From the human T2T-CHM13v2.0 reference genome, Homo sapiens: a stretch of DNA of 64,000 nt. A model generated the notes under the pieces. That model did not search any database, was not told the origin of the DNA, and worked only from the letters and a program-made list of their open reading frames with translations. The position numbers and the translations under genes are program-made. Positions 26,067 to 38,088 of this stretch are shown here, piece by piece (positions within the stretch are counted from its first letter, which is position 1; each line of letters starts with the position of its first letter). The stretch is taken from NCBI RefSeq assembly GCF_009914755.1, contig NC_060935.1; one strand, 5' to 3'.

Positions 26067-27989
26067 AAAATAGTATAGAATAGACCATTAATTTAGTATT
26101 TCCACTAAAAAAAATTAAAAACTACATTTTGAGTTCTTAGGGATTCCACTGGTTCTAAACACAATAGGTTTTGACTCTGTTCTCTGTGGACCAGGGCTTG
26201 GGTGTAGCATACACAGTAATGGTTCTTTATAATATAGAAAGTACAACACATAAGCCAAGTTTAGCCATATATACCGCCACGTTTTTTCCCCCACTCACTA
26301 TCATGCTGGATCCACAAAAGACATTACTTATAATTCTTGGATTTCTAAGCATGAAGAAGTCAGCAATTAGCTTCCCAAATAATTATTATATAAGCCTTTT
26401 TTCAAATCTTTAAAACCTTCCTCAATTCCAACAAACCTGGAGAGTCTGGAAATGAGGATTATATCCACATTTTCTTACTCTTGAAAAAGGCAGGGGGGTC
26501 TGTGACTGAATATTGCTGATAAAAACATGATAACTGAGTCTCATTACAGCCAAAGACAAGTCTCATATTTTAGCATTTTTATTAAAGCTTTTTAAATTAC
26601 TGAGTGTCTGGTATATTCAATACCGGCCTAAGTGATTTATATTAGTCTATCCCTAGATACTCCATCTAATAAATAACTTGGCAATCTCCTTACCCATAAA
26701 TATCCCTGGCTCCAGCAAAAAGCAATTAAAGCACGTGAAAAAAAAAATGGCTTCCCAGTACTCCAGACCATAACGTCACCGGAAGCTTCCAAAGGAATAA
26801 TTCACACCGTTTACTGGGGAGGGGTCAGATCTCCTTACTCACCACCTGCCCACCAGGAACTAAGGCTCCCATTCCCTTGAAAGGTGAGACATACACAAAA
26901 TTATCTTTAAAATGTTTAACATGTCACAATGCTGCAGGGATTTTATCATGGAAAATATTATTCCCAGCAACAAGTGTTCTATAATATTTTAGACAGCTTA
27001 GGCTGAAATTATTGGGCAAATCTTTTTGGAAAGCAGTCCTGCCAAAAATGTTTAAAACACATTAAGTACAGAGGCAGCCGACTAAAAAGTTATTAGAGGC
27101 TCCAGTGTCACCAGCCCAGAAAATATTTCAGGTTAATAAGGTTCACCAGCATGCCAGGTAAAAAGCCATTGATATTTATGATAGTGGCCTCAAGTTCAGT
27201 GCTTTCAACTACAAAAGAAGGCCACTTTTGCTGAAAAACCTCTTCGCTGGCCTTCCCTGGGCCTCCAGGGTCAGTGAAGGAGGACAAGCTGGGTCGTCAT
27301 TTCCCACTTGTATAAATCAGTATCCTCTGCATTGCACACACCATGCCACCTCCAGGCAGGTGAGGAAGGAGCCACACACTAACATTTCTCGCTGTACTCA
27401 GGGAAGCTGGTAGGAGCATGGCCTTGAGAAGGAAAGGACCGCCCCATTCCAGTTTTATAGGGATTCTCCAAATCACAATCCCAGTTAGCCCATGGCATAC
27501 TCATCATACATTCCAGAGTCTTAATTTGATTCATCTCCAAATAATACTTTTAATTGTTTCATTAAACATTGTCTATTTTTATGTACCTCTCTTTGCAGGT
27601 AATTGTCACGTACATATGATTGGGGGAGGGTAACAATTGCTTGTTTTAATTTCACAGGAGCCAAATACCCACTATGCACTAGTCTTGCAGCTCCAGGATA
27701 CATTAAGCAGGTATATAGTGGTAATGTCACTACACTTGAACATGATTATGGAGCTGTGAAGTGGCGAGATTTGGAAAGAATATTTTTTCTTCATTTATTA
27801 TTATGAGGAAGGAACAATAACCAAGTTTACTTTCATAGCCTGGTATCAGAGTATCTGGGGCATATGGTGACAGGTTTGATGGAGAACATTTATTTTTGCA
27901 TAGCGAAATATTTTTCTCTTTCCCAGTAAATAGGAAACTTGCTACAACCAGGTACTCAGCCTTCCCCACAATTCTGCAAGCTACATAAT

Positions 27990-28720
27990 ATCTTGTTTTC
28001 AAATTATTTAATTTAATCTTTTCAAAAGTTGATACATTAACATAATTCAAACACCAATCTACTTTCAAAAATATATTCAGAAAAATTTTACTCCTAACTT
28101 TATCATTTCCATCCCTTTATTCCTACAGATTTGTATAACTTTGTATTTTGTTTATCCATCCAATGTGTACTTAGGTAAAACAAGCAAATAAGAAAATATA
28201 TTATCATCATCCTTCCTAAGACAAAGGTAGCAGAGTATATATACTGTTGTTCTCATATTTAAAGAAATACACCTTATACATTTTTCAGAGCTGTGTAGTA
28301 TTCCTTGGCATAAATGTATCATAGTTTATCTAACTAGTGCCCTATCCACAGAATGTGAGTTGATTTCAATATTCAACATTTTGCTATTACAATTTCCCAC
28401 AAGACTTGTAAAGTGTGTATTTGCTACAGAGACATAGAATAAGTACTGGCTTAAAATGTAAATGCATCTGTCTGTATTTTGATGATTGCTGATAGATTTC
28501 CTTTCATGAGGGTCTTACCATTGTTCCAATCCACTAAAAACCTGTGAGATAACCTGTTTCCCCAGAAGTCTTCTCAGAAGCTTATATAACTAAATTTTTA
28601 AACGTTTTCCAATTCAATAAGTGAGAAATGGTATTTCTGCATGGTTTTGATTACATCATGTCACCTTTGTGAGGGTAATTCCTACTGTCTTCGGTGAACT
28701 CTCTGTTTATGTCTTTTGCC
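27990..28720 (-). mobile_element. Very old L1M (L1ME-like) fragments
   Basis: GCTGTGTAGTATTCC..TTTTGCTATTACAA..AAGTGAGAAATGGTATTTC..TTTATGTCTTTTGCCC. Confidence 0.6.
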
Positions 28721-28777
28721 CAGGGACTTCCCAGTGAGAAGTTGCTGGGCTTGCCAGACTTCCCAACATCCCTTTTA

Positions 28778-29047
28778 AAAAGTGTTTATTTATTTATTTC
28801 TATTTTTTAATTTCCATAGGTTTTGGGGGGGAACAGGTGGTGTTTGGTTACATGAATAAGTTCTTTAGTGACTTCTGAGATTCTGGTGCACCCATCACCC
28901 AAGTAGTATACACTGCACCCAATGTGTAGTCTTTTCTCCTTCACCCTTCTCCCACCCTTTCCCCCGTGTCCCCAAAGTCCATTGTATCATTCTTATGCCT
29001 TTGCATCCTCATAGCTTAGCTCCCACTTATGAGTGAGAATGTATGAT
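28778..29047 (-). mobile_element. L1PB (L1PB1-like) 3' end, 5'-truncated
   Basis: GGAACAGGTGGTGTTTGGTTACATGAATAAGTTCTTTAGTG..CCCCAAAGTCCATTGTATCATTCTTATGCC; TSD CCAACATCC(C/T)TTTTA at 28763-28777 and 29048-29062. Confidence 0.92.
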
Positions 29048-29109
29048 CCAACATCCTTTTTAGTAAATCATCTTTCCACATATGTCAATTAAAGTTCATT
29101 TACTCTATT

Positions 29110-29350
29110 GTTTAGAGTCTGGCCTCTGGAGAGAGAGAGCCAGGTCTGTTTCCTGGCTCTACCATTTATTTCCCAGCTGTGTGACCTTGGAGAGTTTCTT
29201 AAGCTATTCGTACTTCACCTTTTTGCATCTATAACATAGGCATATAATTAGTACCTACAAAGTAGGACTGTTGTGAGGATTAAATGAGTCAGTACATATA
29301 AAGCAGTAAGCACAGTGCCGGGGGTGGTGGCAGGTGGACAGTGCTCAAAT
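29110..29350 (+). mobile_element. MIR
   Basis: AGCTGTGTGACCTTGG..GTACCTAC..GTTGTGAGGATTAAATGAG..AGCACAGTGCC. Confidence 0.85.
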
Positions 29351-31852
29351 ATGACTGCTCTCATACACTGCACATTGCATATTTCCGCAGGTGCTCTCTG
29401 CTGCCTCACAGATGGGACACATTAGGGAAAGGAAAGCCTGTGTGGCCCTACCTTCCACTGCTGTAGACAGAGAACAATCATTTCAAAAGAGTCAGCCTAA
29501 TAATTAGTCTCTGCAAACAAACACATCTGTGGACTGGCACTTCTCATAAACTTGGGTGCAAACATAAAGGCCACTTTAAAAATATGTCACCAGAGAAAAT
29601 GTCAAAGGCTTTTGGGACACAGCAAGATGACAAGGGCAAAAACCATGCTTGGCACATACTCAGTGGGGAAGCAGGCACTCACTTTATTTGAATTAAAATT
29701 GATGAAATACCTTCTTCCCTCTTTGAAAAGTGCTGGGAAATTCTACAGTTTAACTGGGGGAGATGCCATAAGTCAAGGCAGAAAAGTGGGGTGAGAAAGC
29801 TGACCTTGAGGCATAGGCATTCATTGTTTCTCAACTATTCATTTGTCTATCCCTAAGACAAAGAGGGTGGGCGAATCAAGAGTAAATGGCATGCAGGCAT
29901 CTTGGAGAAAGGGAAGAGCAGACCCATGCTGAAGACCGTTGGTGGAGCTTTAGGCAAGTTAAAGTAGGAGGAGAAGAAGGCTATGACTAGATTTTTAGAA
30001 AGGGTAGAGGCAGAGTCTGGAAAAGTGAACAGCCAGGTTCCAAACCCAATAGACAGCAATGTGCTACTTCTAGAGAACTTACAAATCTCACTCCAAGTAT
30101 AGTGGCAAAGCCCTCATCAGATTTATTATCTTTGAAGAAGGCCAGCATGCTAGCATACCACTCATTTTATTGGAAGTTATTTTTTTCTTTTAGTCCTTAA
30201 ATTAGGTATCTCCTAACTTTTTTGAAGTGGGTAAGTTAACACCTCCATCAAGGGGGTGGAGGGGAAAAAAAAGTCTCCATCAAGAATGTTGTCTGCCACT
30301 TGCCATCTCTCTGAACGTGACATCATGTTTATCCTTGAACACATGCATTACTGGTGACAGTGTCAAGCAGCGTGCATTGGTGGAAAGTGAAGGAGAGAGA
30401 CCCAAAGGAGCTCTCCAACAATGCAAGATTAATTCCCAATGGATATCACTGCTCCTAAGGGTGTAAAAATGAGAGCTTAGACCTGGTGCCTACTGTGGTC
30501 CTTCTGAAGGTGATGAAAACTCATTATAGTTAGACACTGTACTATGGAGAGTGCCTGAAGCAGAAACAGCATTTGGGAGGATTCAAAGCAAGAGAGTTTA
30601 AATTATAAATGGGCTGTGTGTGCCTGTGGAGACTCAGAATGGTTAAACCATCTTTCCCTCTCCAACACTGATCAAGACTTATGAGCCAGCCAAGCTTACC
30701 TGGGGAAGGCATAGGAGCTTGGTGGGCAGGGTGCAGAGAGTAAAAGGATAATGGGACTAAAGAGACTAGAAGAAGAAAGTAGGCTCTAAAGGAAGTAGGG
30801 CAGAAAGGAAAGTGGAAATTTTGAAGAATTTGCCCTAGCTTAGAAATGTGTACAGAATTCATGTTCTCCCTGGCACCTGCCCCCCTATATCTGCCCCAGA
30901 ACAAAGGAGAATGGAGATAATGGTGACCCTCCTGGCCCTGGGAGGATGGGCCTAGGGCAGGGGTGTTACTCTTATCCACCACAGCTCACTTTCGTTCATC
31001 TGCTCATTTCCCTCTCAATTAAATGGCATTTAAAAGTTAGATAAGACAACAAGCAGGTGTTAACACTGTCGTATAAAATAACAATATTAGCACAATGGCA
31101 ACAGAGCAGAGCCAGCGAGGAATAAGCTCTCCTCTACCCCATTAAATGTTAAAAAGTGAAGAGACAGCAGGGGATCTCCCGGTTTGGGAGAGACACCTAA
31201 CTCCCAAAAACCAAGTGAACTACTTGAAGGCTGGACCCAAGTTAAATTCAAGCTAAAGCCTGTAACCAACTCTCATGGTGACAGATAGGTGCCTCCTTGA
31301 CATATCTGTAACCACGTCACTTTCTCCTTTTCTTTCCTTTTCCTTTCTCCATCTTCAACCCTCTGCTTCATGTAATGGCTAATGTAACTGGAATACAGAC
31401 ATATTGTAAAATATATGTAAATTGTATACAAAGAGACAATATTATCCTCACTCCCATGAACTTGATCAATAAATGCCACCCAGGATTGTCAGAAGATTGG
31501 AACCAGAGTGACTCCATCTTGGACATGGGCTGGGTAAAATGTGGTCGAGACCTCCTGGGCTGCATTCCCAGGAGGTTAGGCATTCTTAGACACAGGATGA
31601 GATAAGAGGTCCTGACACAGTTCATAAAGATCACGCCGATAAAACAGGATGTGGTAAAGACGCCGGCCAAAACTCACCAAAACCAAGATGGCGAAGAAAG
31701 TGACCTCTGGTCACCCTCACTGCTCATTATACACTAATTATAATGCATTAGCATGCTAAAAGACACTCTGGCCAGCGCCTTGGTAATTTACAAATGCTAT
31801 GGCAATGTCAGGAAGTTACCCTATGTGGTCTAAAAGGGGGAGGAACCCTCAG

Positions 31853-31861
31853 TTCCAGGAA
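31853..31861. promoter_or_regulatory. GAS/STAT motif TTCCAGGAA in MER41B; the second GAS position is degraded (TTTTAAGAA, 31874-31882)
   Basis: Matches TTCN3GAA at the position of the MER41B tandem STAT1 sites; activity not shown. Confidence 0.5.
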
Positions 31862-32022
31862 ATCCTCACCACTTTTTAAGAAAACTCATGAATAATCCAC
31901 CCCTTGCTTAGCATATAATCAAGAAATAACCATAAGTATATTCAGTCAAACATCCCATGCTGCTGCTCTGCCAATGGAGTGGTCACTCTTTTATTCCTTT
32001 ACATTCGTAATACACTTACTTT

Positions 32023-32537
32023 TGATACAGGAGTTAAGAAGAAATCACTTAGGCAGATAGCGAGGGTATGGGAGTCCTTGGGAAGGCTTTTCTTTTTCAT
32101 GAAAAGCAGCCCCAAATCATTTTCTAACAAAGAGTAGCCTGTAAAGTCGAGCTGCAGACATAGACAAGCAAGCTGGGAGCTTGCACGCGTGAATGCGGCC
32201 CTTCTCTTTGATCAGCCAAGTGTACTGTAAGAAGCAGACAAGATGGCGCCAATTAACTGGAAAACCTATTTGCAGAATAAGATTAGGGTGGAGTGACCAG
32301 CCTTCCCCATGTGCTATATAAACATCATACCTGAAGGAACCAGTCTGTGAGTCCTATGTAAATCAGAGCCCACCTCCTCAAACCTGACTATAAAATTTGG
32401 CACATTTGCCACCTGCTGGCCCTTTCAGCTCAGAGACCCCCTTCTCCTAAGTGCCTCCTGTGTGTCCGTGTCCTACATTTTCCTGGTGCTCGATAACAAA
32501 CCCCAGGGTATATACCCCAGACAACATAGCTGCTTCA
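32023..32537 (+). mobile_element. MER4-group ERV1 solo LTR (MER61-like) nested in MER41B
   Basis: TG..CA termini (TGATACAGGAGTTAAGAAGAAATCACTTAGGCAG..ACCCCAGACAAC..GCTTCA); 4-bp TSD CTTT at 32019-32022 and 32538-32541; subfamily name less certain. Confidence 0.8.
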
Positions 32538-32736
32538 CTTTCACTTTACTCTGTGTACTTGCCCTGAATTCTTTCTTGCATGAGGTCCAAGAACCCTCCC
32601 TTGGGGTTTGGATAGGGAACTCTTTCTGGTAACATGACAGCTGAGATCATATAAACACAAACTCACCTTATACACACAAATGGCTCCTAGGAACAATTAA
32701 GATCTGAAGCTAATGTAATCTGTGACATTAAGGGGG

Positions 32737-33152
32737 TGATAATAGTGTATATATTTGTCCCTGCCCAAATCTCATGTTGAATTGTAATCCCCAGTGTTGG
32801 AGGTGGGGCCTGGTGGGCGGTGACTGGATCATGGGGGTGGATTTCTCATGAATGGTTTAGCGCCATTCCCTCGGTGCTGTCCTCATGATAGTGAGTGAGT
32901 TCTCACGAGATCTGGTTGTACAAAAGTGTGTGACTCCCTCTGTCTCTCTCTTGCTCCTGCTCTGGCCACGTGAAGTGCTCGGGCTTTGCCTTCCCCCATG
33001 AGTAAAAGCTCTCTGAGGCCTCCCCAAAAAGCAAGCAATGTCAATGCCATACTCCCTGCACAGCCTGCAGAACCATCAACCAACTAAACTTCTTTTCTTT
33101 ATAAATTACCAAGTCTCAGGCATTTCTTTATAGCAACACAAGAATGGCCTAA
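32737..33152 (+). mobile_element. MSTA-type MaLR solo LTR
   Basis: CCCAAATCTCATGTTGAATTGTAATCCCCAGTGTTGGAGGTGGGGCCTGGTGGG..CTTTTCTTTATAAATTACC.AGTCTCAGG. Confidence 0.92.
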
Positions 33153-33767
33153 GAGGGCATCTCTAATAAAGCCTGACTCAGTCTGTTAGCAGGGAATCTA
33201 TCTGGAAGCACAGAGCATGTGTCTGAGAAGAGGAAGGGACGGTTTTCACCCACTACTGCCAGAGGAACCTGAGTCCCCAACTCTACACTCCACCTGCCTG
33301 GTTTCTATGGCAGAAAGAATATTTGTGAACTGGGTGGATTATGCCATAATATGTGCATGCCAGGAAACATTTGAACAGGACCATGATGTCCCCTTTGCCT
33401 GAATTCTGCTACCTTCTAGTTAAAATTTATTTTTTGATTTAGACTTTGGATGGGAAGGAAATGGACCAATGGAGGAACTCCTGGGCTATCATGCAGTGAA
33501 TCTGGCTCATTTACAAATCAGTAAAGCACCACTGAATTTCCATGTTTATTTCCTGGATGCGCCTTACCCTGAGGCTTCCAGAGAGATGGGCCCTTTCTCA
33601 GTGCAGCACAAAATAGAGTTCTGTGAGTTACTCTTTCTCTATTGCAATTCCCCTGTCTTGAACTTTCAGAACCAAGGGCCACCCCAGCAACACTAAGAAG
33701 CTGTCTGTGCCCCGATGTGATTGGTCAGCCAGACCACGTACGCTAGAATTAGGAAATAGGGTGGAGT

Positions 33768-34461
33768 TGAAACCGTCATTGCAAAATTGTAATTGAGACA
33801 GTGAAAGAGATCTAACCTAAGCAACTCCATCTGGCTTCTAACCTCCAAGCTGTCCTTGTTCATGCCTGGGCATAGGCTGAACTAACTTGGGGAGGGGCTT
33901 AGTTTATAGTTGAAAACAAAGATGATAACAGGCCTTTCCCAGGGCAAATCCCTTTCTTGCCTGGGGACTAGACTGCCTTTGTAGTACTAACAAATTAGCC
34001 ACAAGATTAGAAATTATGGTTTAGGAGTCTCACGGCTGGAGGCTACAAGATTCTGACCCTCCCTAAACTGCTCTTAAGATCAGTGCTTTAGATATTTTGC
34101 AAACCCTGCATTTGATGGATCAGCTGGCACCACCCAGTTTGATCAGCTGGCTCATCTGATCTTGTAGCCCCTCCACCCAGGAACTGACTCAGCGCAAGAA
34201 GACAGTTTTAATTCCCTATGATTTCATCTTCGACACAATTTGTCAGCACTCTCAACTCACTGGCCTTCTCCCACCCACCAAATTATCCTTAAAAACTCTG
34301 ATCCCTGAATGCCTGAGGAGACCGATTTGAGTAATAATAAAACTCTGGTTTCCTGCACAGCCGGCTCTGCGTGAATTACTCTTTCTCTCTTGCAATTCCC
34401 CTGTCTTGATAAATTGGCTCTGTCTAGGCAGTGGGCAAGGGGAACCCATTGGGCAGTTACA
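33768..34461 (+). mobile_element. LTR8 ERV1 solo LTR, full length
   Basis: TGAAACCG..TTGCAAAATT..GAGACAGTGAAAGAGATCTAACCTAA..GGGCAGTTACA; TSD GAGT at 33764-33767 and 34462-34465. Confidence 0.93.
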
Positions 34462-34557
34462 GAGTGGCAACAAATATCTTTGTCTGTGCTCCCCTCAATT
34501 CCGATTTTGATTTTTCAGGGTTTCCATCTGAGTCTGGGTCCCATTCTCTATGTTGTC

Positions 34558-34745
34558 AGAGCACTTGTTCGCAAATGTGAGTGAGCTTCTCAGTCACTAG
34601 AAGAGCTGTAAAAACAGATTACAAGGCCCTGCCTCAGTTTCTAACTTTAGTAGGTTTTTAGTGGGGCCTGGTTATTTCCATTTCTATGTTCCCAAGTAAT
34701 GCTGATGCTGCCGTTTTGGGAACCACCTTTTGAAAACCACTTTAT
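34558..34745. mobile_element. MER5A-like hAT-Charlie fossil
   Basis: GTAGGT..GTGGGGCC..CATTTCTA..TTCCCAAGTAATGCTGATGCTGC..GAAAACCACT. Confidence 0.7.
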
Positions 34746-35280
34746 TAAAATAAATCAATAAATAAAGTAAGCAGCAAGGTGCACCCTTGTTAAGACTGGT
34801 AAGACATTACATGAGACCTCTCCCCCATTCATGTGACAGACTTTGCCACCGGAGAAGGAAACAGGACACTGAAAAGTGAAAATGTTCTTCCTTTATGGAG
34901 TTGATCCCTCTTTCCTTCTCCAGTGTTCCCCATATTTATCTGTAGGTTGGTACTGAGTAACAACTTCAATCACTTGCTTTTATTTTCACAAAACAAGAAG
35001 TTCTGTTGTTATTGTTTGTTTGTTTTGTTTGACGTTTTTTGAAGGCAACAAATAATGCCATCACCCAATGCATGTGTTTATTTCTCAGAGACATATGGAG
35101 ATAACCTTCAGTATTCCTAAACTTATGGACATAGCTATTATTCCCTGCGTCTAGAACATATTTATCTACTTTCTTTCCACTTAGGAAACTCCTATTCATC
35201 CTGTTAAACCTGTTTTAGGTATCGTTTCCTGTCTAAAGCATCTTGGACCTTCTCTAGTCAAACTAAATTAAACACTACTC

Positions 35281-35580
35281 TTTTTTTTTTTTTTTTGAGA
35301 CCGAGTGGAGTCTCGCTCTGTCTCCCAGGCTGGAGTGCAGTGGCACGATCTTGGCTCACTGCAAGCTCCACCTCCCAGTTCACACCATTCTCCTGCCTCA
35401 GCCTCCCGAGTAACTGGGACTACAGGTGCCCGCCACCATGCCTGGCTAATTTTTGTATTTTTAGTAGATACGGTGTTTCACAGTGTTAGCCAGGATGGTC
35501 TCAATCTCCTGACCTCGTGATCCACCCACCTTGGCCTCCCAAAGTGCTGGGATTACAGTCATGAGCCACTACGCGCAGCC
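35281..35580 (-). mobile_element. AluY (inside an L2 remnant)
   Basis: Diagnostics GCAAGCTCC, TTCAC.CCATTCTC, GTGTTAGCCAGGATGGTCTC, GACCTCGTGATCC; TSD AATTAAACACTA(C/T)TC at 35266-35280 and 35582-35596. Confidence 0.95.
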
Positions 35581-37378
35581 GAATTAAACACTATTCTTCT
35601 TCTCCACCCTGTGCTTTCCGCTATTGATGTGCTTCACACAATGAATTCAACTTACGGTCTTTACCCAAATGACAGCCCTGATAAATGGGAAGCATCAGTC
35701 ATCTCCCATAATGGGGGATAACCACTCAAGGGCACTTTTTATAATCCCAGGTACCAAGCACAGCATCTTCACTTAACAGATGGATCGTGGCTTATGGATC
35801 AGAACTGAATGGTGGACTTAGAATCATGTAGGAAATAAAGTTGCTGATTTAATAGGCATGGCTGTTTGCCTTTCCCTGGAGACAGCCATTTACTCCTAAG
35901 TCGGTGTGTACAAAAGATTAGAAAAAGAAAGGGAGAGTGTGCTATAAGCCCCAGTGTACCGACAAGTGACCCCCACAAGGAAGAGTGTGCATGCACACCA
36001 GGAGAAAGAGCTTGGAACTGCTGGGCCACAGAAGGGCATAGCTGAGTGCATCTCTGTGAGGCAGAGAAATAAAATTAATTTCTCTTTAAAATAGGATAAG
36101 TAGGCAAGATATGGCTAATTATAATCAGGTATTCTAGGCAGAGATTCTTATAACACTTTTAACAAAATACATAAATATATTCTAAAATGTAGAGGAAGTT
36201 TGAATGTTTAGAAAGGAAGATTCAGTTATCTAGAATATTCACTCATTCGGAACATCTCATTATCTGATAATGCGGAATGAATAATGCATTCCTGTACGTT
36301 TTCCCCGGATTCCCCCATATTCTCCCTTCCCAAACTCTGCCAATCTGACTTCACAGATGAAAGTGCCTGAAGCTGAATTGGATCTACTGTGTTTGGTTTT
36401 GAATGCAAAATGAGAAGAGAAAAGATATTAATTTGGAAACCATGAGCCAAAGCCTCCTTCCCTTCTTTCCCAATTTTGTGCCCTTTATCATCTTTGCTGA
36501 ACCCCAGGAGTGATGAGGAGCTGGCCAATGGAAAGCCTGCCTGCCAGGGACCTTTCTGGGAAATGCTCTGCCTGCCTGGAAATTCCTGGGGCCTGCAGAA
36601 GTTAGAGCAAAGGAGAACACGCTGGGACCTGAGATTTAGATCATTAAACGTGAGGATGAGACTGCTCCCCTCTTCCACTCTGACAGACAAATTATCAGGA
36701 AAATTCCGATTTCCTTCACCCCATGTCAGTCTGCTGTTCCACAGCCATCAAACTGTGTTTATAAAGTTTATCTGGTTTTAATTTGAGTGCAGACTGTAGG
36801 CCAAAACTACAAAATCTTTAGTTGGCTCCCACATCGCCCTAAAGGCCTCAGCCCCTGGCACAAGCCTGGTATTTGCCCTTCTATACTGTGTCAAATCAAA
36901 GTCTGTCAGGGACAGAATGGGTCTCAGGGCAGGAGAAAATGAAACCATTTCCAGCAAGTTTTTGCCAAAGCATTCAGAAGCCAGCTAGCTGCTGAGCATC
37001 AGGGACACACTTGTAAATCTTCCCTTTGTCAGAAGAGCCATGACTGGTCACAAAACAAGTTGGCCTGGATGAGCTTTGCTGAGGACAGTGGGGACATTCT
37101 CAGCTCTGCAGGTACCACCCCACCTGCTGGGGTGTCTCAGCTCATGGTGCCCTGTCTCCAGTCTACCAGGCCAGAGCTTTCACTGTCACATTGAGGTTTG
37201 CAATTCACTAGGCTTTCCAATGTTCTGAGCCTTAGCTTAGGAGTTTGCCTAATACAAAGGAGGACCCTATGAAGGCTCTTTCCATGTGTTTATGTTATTA
37301 ACTCACAGAGCTTTTCTTTCATTGCAAATAGCATCCACTGAAAATAAAAAGTAAATAAAAGCCATGGGAATGGGGTAA

Positions 37379-37380
<2 letters not shown>

Positions 37381-37409
<29 letters not shown>
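37381..37409. repeat. T29 homopolymer
   Basis: Read directly. Confidence 0.97.
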
Positions 37410-37702
37410 CATTAGCTCTATGGTTAGATAGACCTAGATCTGAGACGTAGAGTTTCTGAAAGTTTCTGTTTGGGGCATTTTCTCTGATGAGAACACTATC
37501 CTAAAAAGTCCTTAGGATGCACACTTAGAGAGTCCATAATGTCAAGAGATCCATGGGAAAATGGCGGGAGCACTGCGTGATGAAGACCAGCATGATTCCC
37601 TCTGAGACAGTAGGGGAAGGATGCTGCAACCACAAGGGAAAATCATGTCTGATAAGTCTGTTAGATTTCCTAGAGAGAAACATGCATTTTTTTGATTAAG
37701 GG

Positions 37703-38088
37703 TGTATTCATCTGTTTCATGCTGTTGATAAAGACAGACTCAAGACTGGGTGATTTATAAAGAAAAAGAGGTTTAATGGACTCAGTTCCACATGGCTGGG
37801 GAGGCCTCACAATCATGGCAGTAGGAAAAGGCACATCTTACACGGCAGCAGGTGAGAGAGAATGAGAACATGGAAGCAGATGAGAGAGAATGAGAACCAA
37901 GTGAAAGGGGTTTCTCCTTATAAAACCATCAGATCCCATGAGACTTATTCACTACCACAAAAACAATATGGGAGAAACTGCTCCCATAATTCAATTATCT
38001 CCCACCAGGTCCCTCCCACAACACATGGGAATTATGGGAGCTACAATTCAAGATGAGATTTGGGTGGGGTCATAGCCAAACCATATCA
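37703..38088 (-). mobile_element. THE1 (B/C-like) MaLR solo LTR with a 28-bp internal tandem duplication (37841-37896)
   Basis: GAGGTTTAATGGACTCA..GGGGAGGCCTCACAATCATGGC..AATTCAAGATGAGATTTGGGTGGGG..CAAACCATATCA; TSD AAGGG at 37698-37702 and 38089-38093. Confidence 0.95.

Larger units (their letters stand above)
31487..32634 (+). mobile_element. MER41B ERV1 solo LTR (31487-32022 and 32538-32634), split by a nested LTR
   Basis: TGTCAGA..GAACCAGAG.GACTCCATCTTG..CTGCATTCCCAG..CCAAGATGGCG..CTAATTATAATGCATTAGCATGCTAAAAGACAC..TCCAAGAACCCTC..GGTAACA. Confidence 0.9.

Noticed and set aside
36226-36781. 154-aa and overlapping ORFs in unique sequence (also 30542-30982 and 38995-39396)
   Set aside because: No recognisable domain or convincing exon structure; lengths are compatible with chance.
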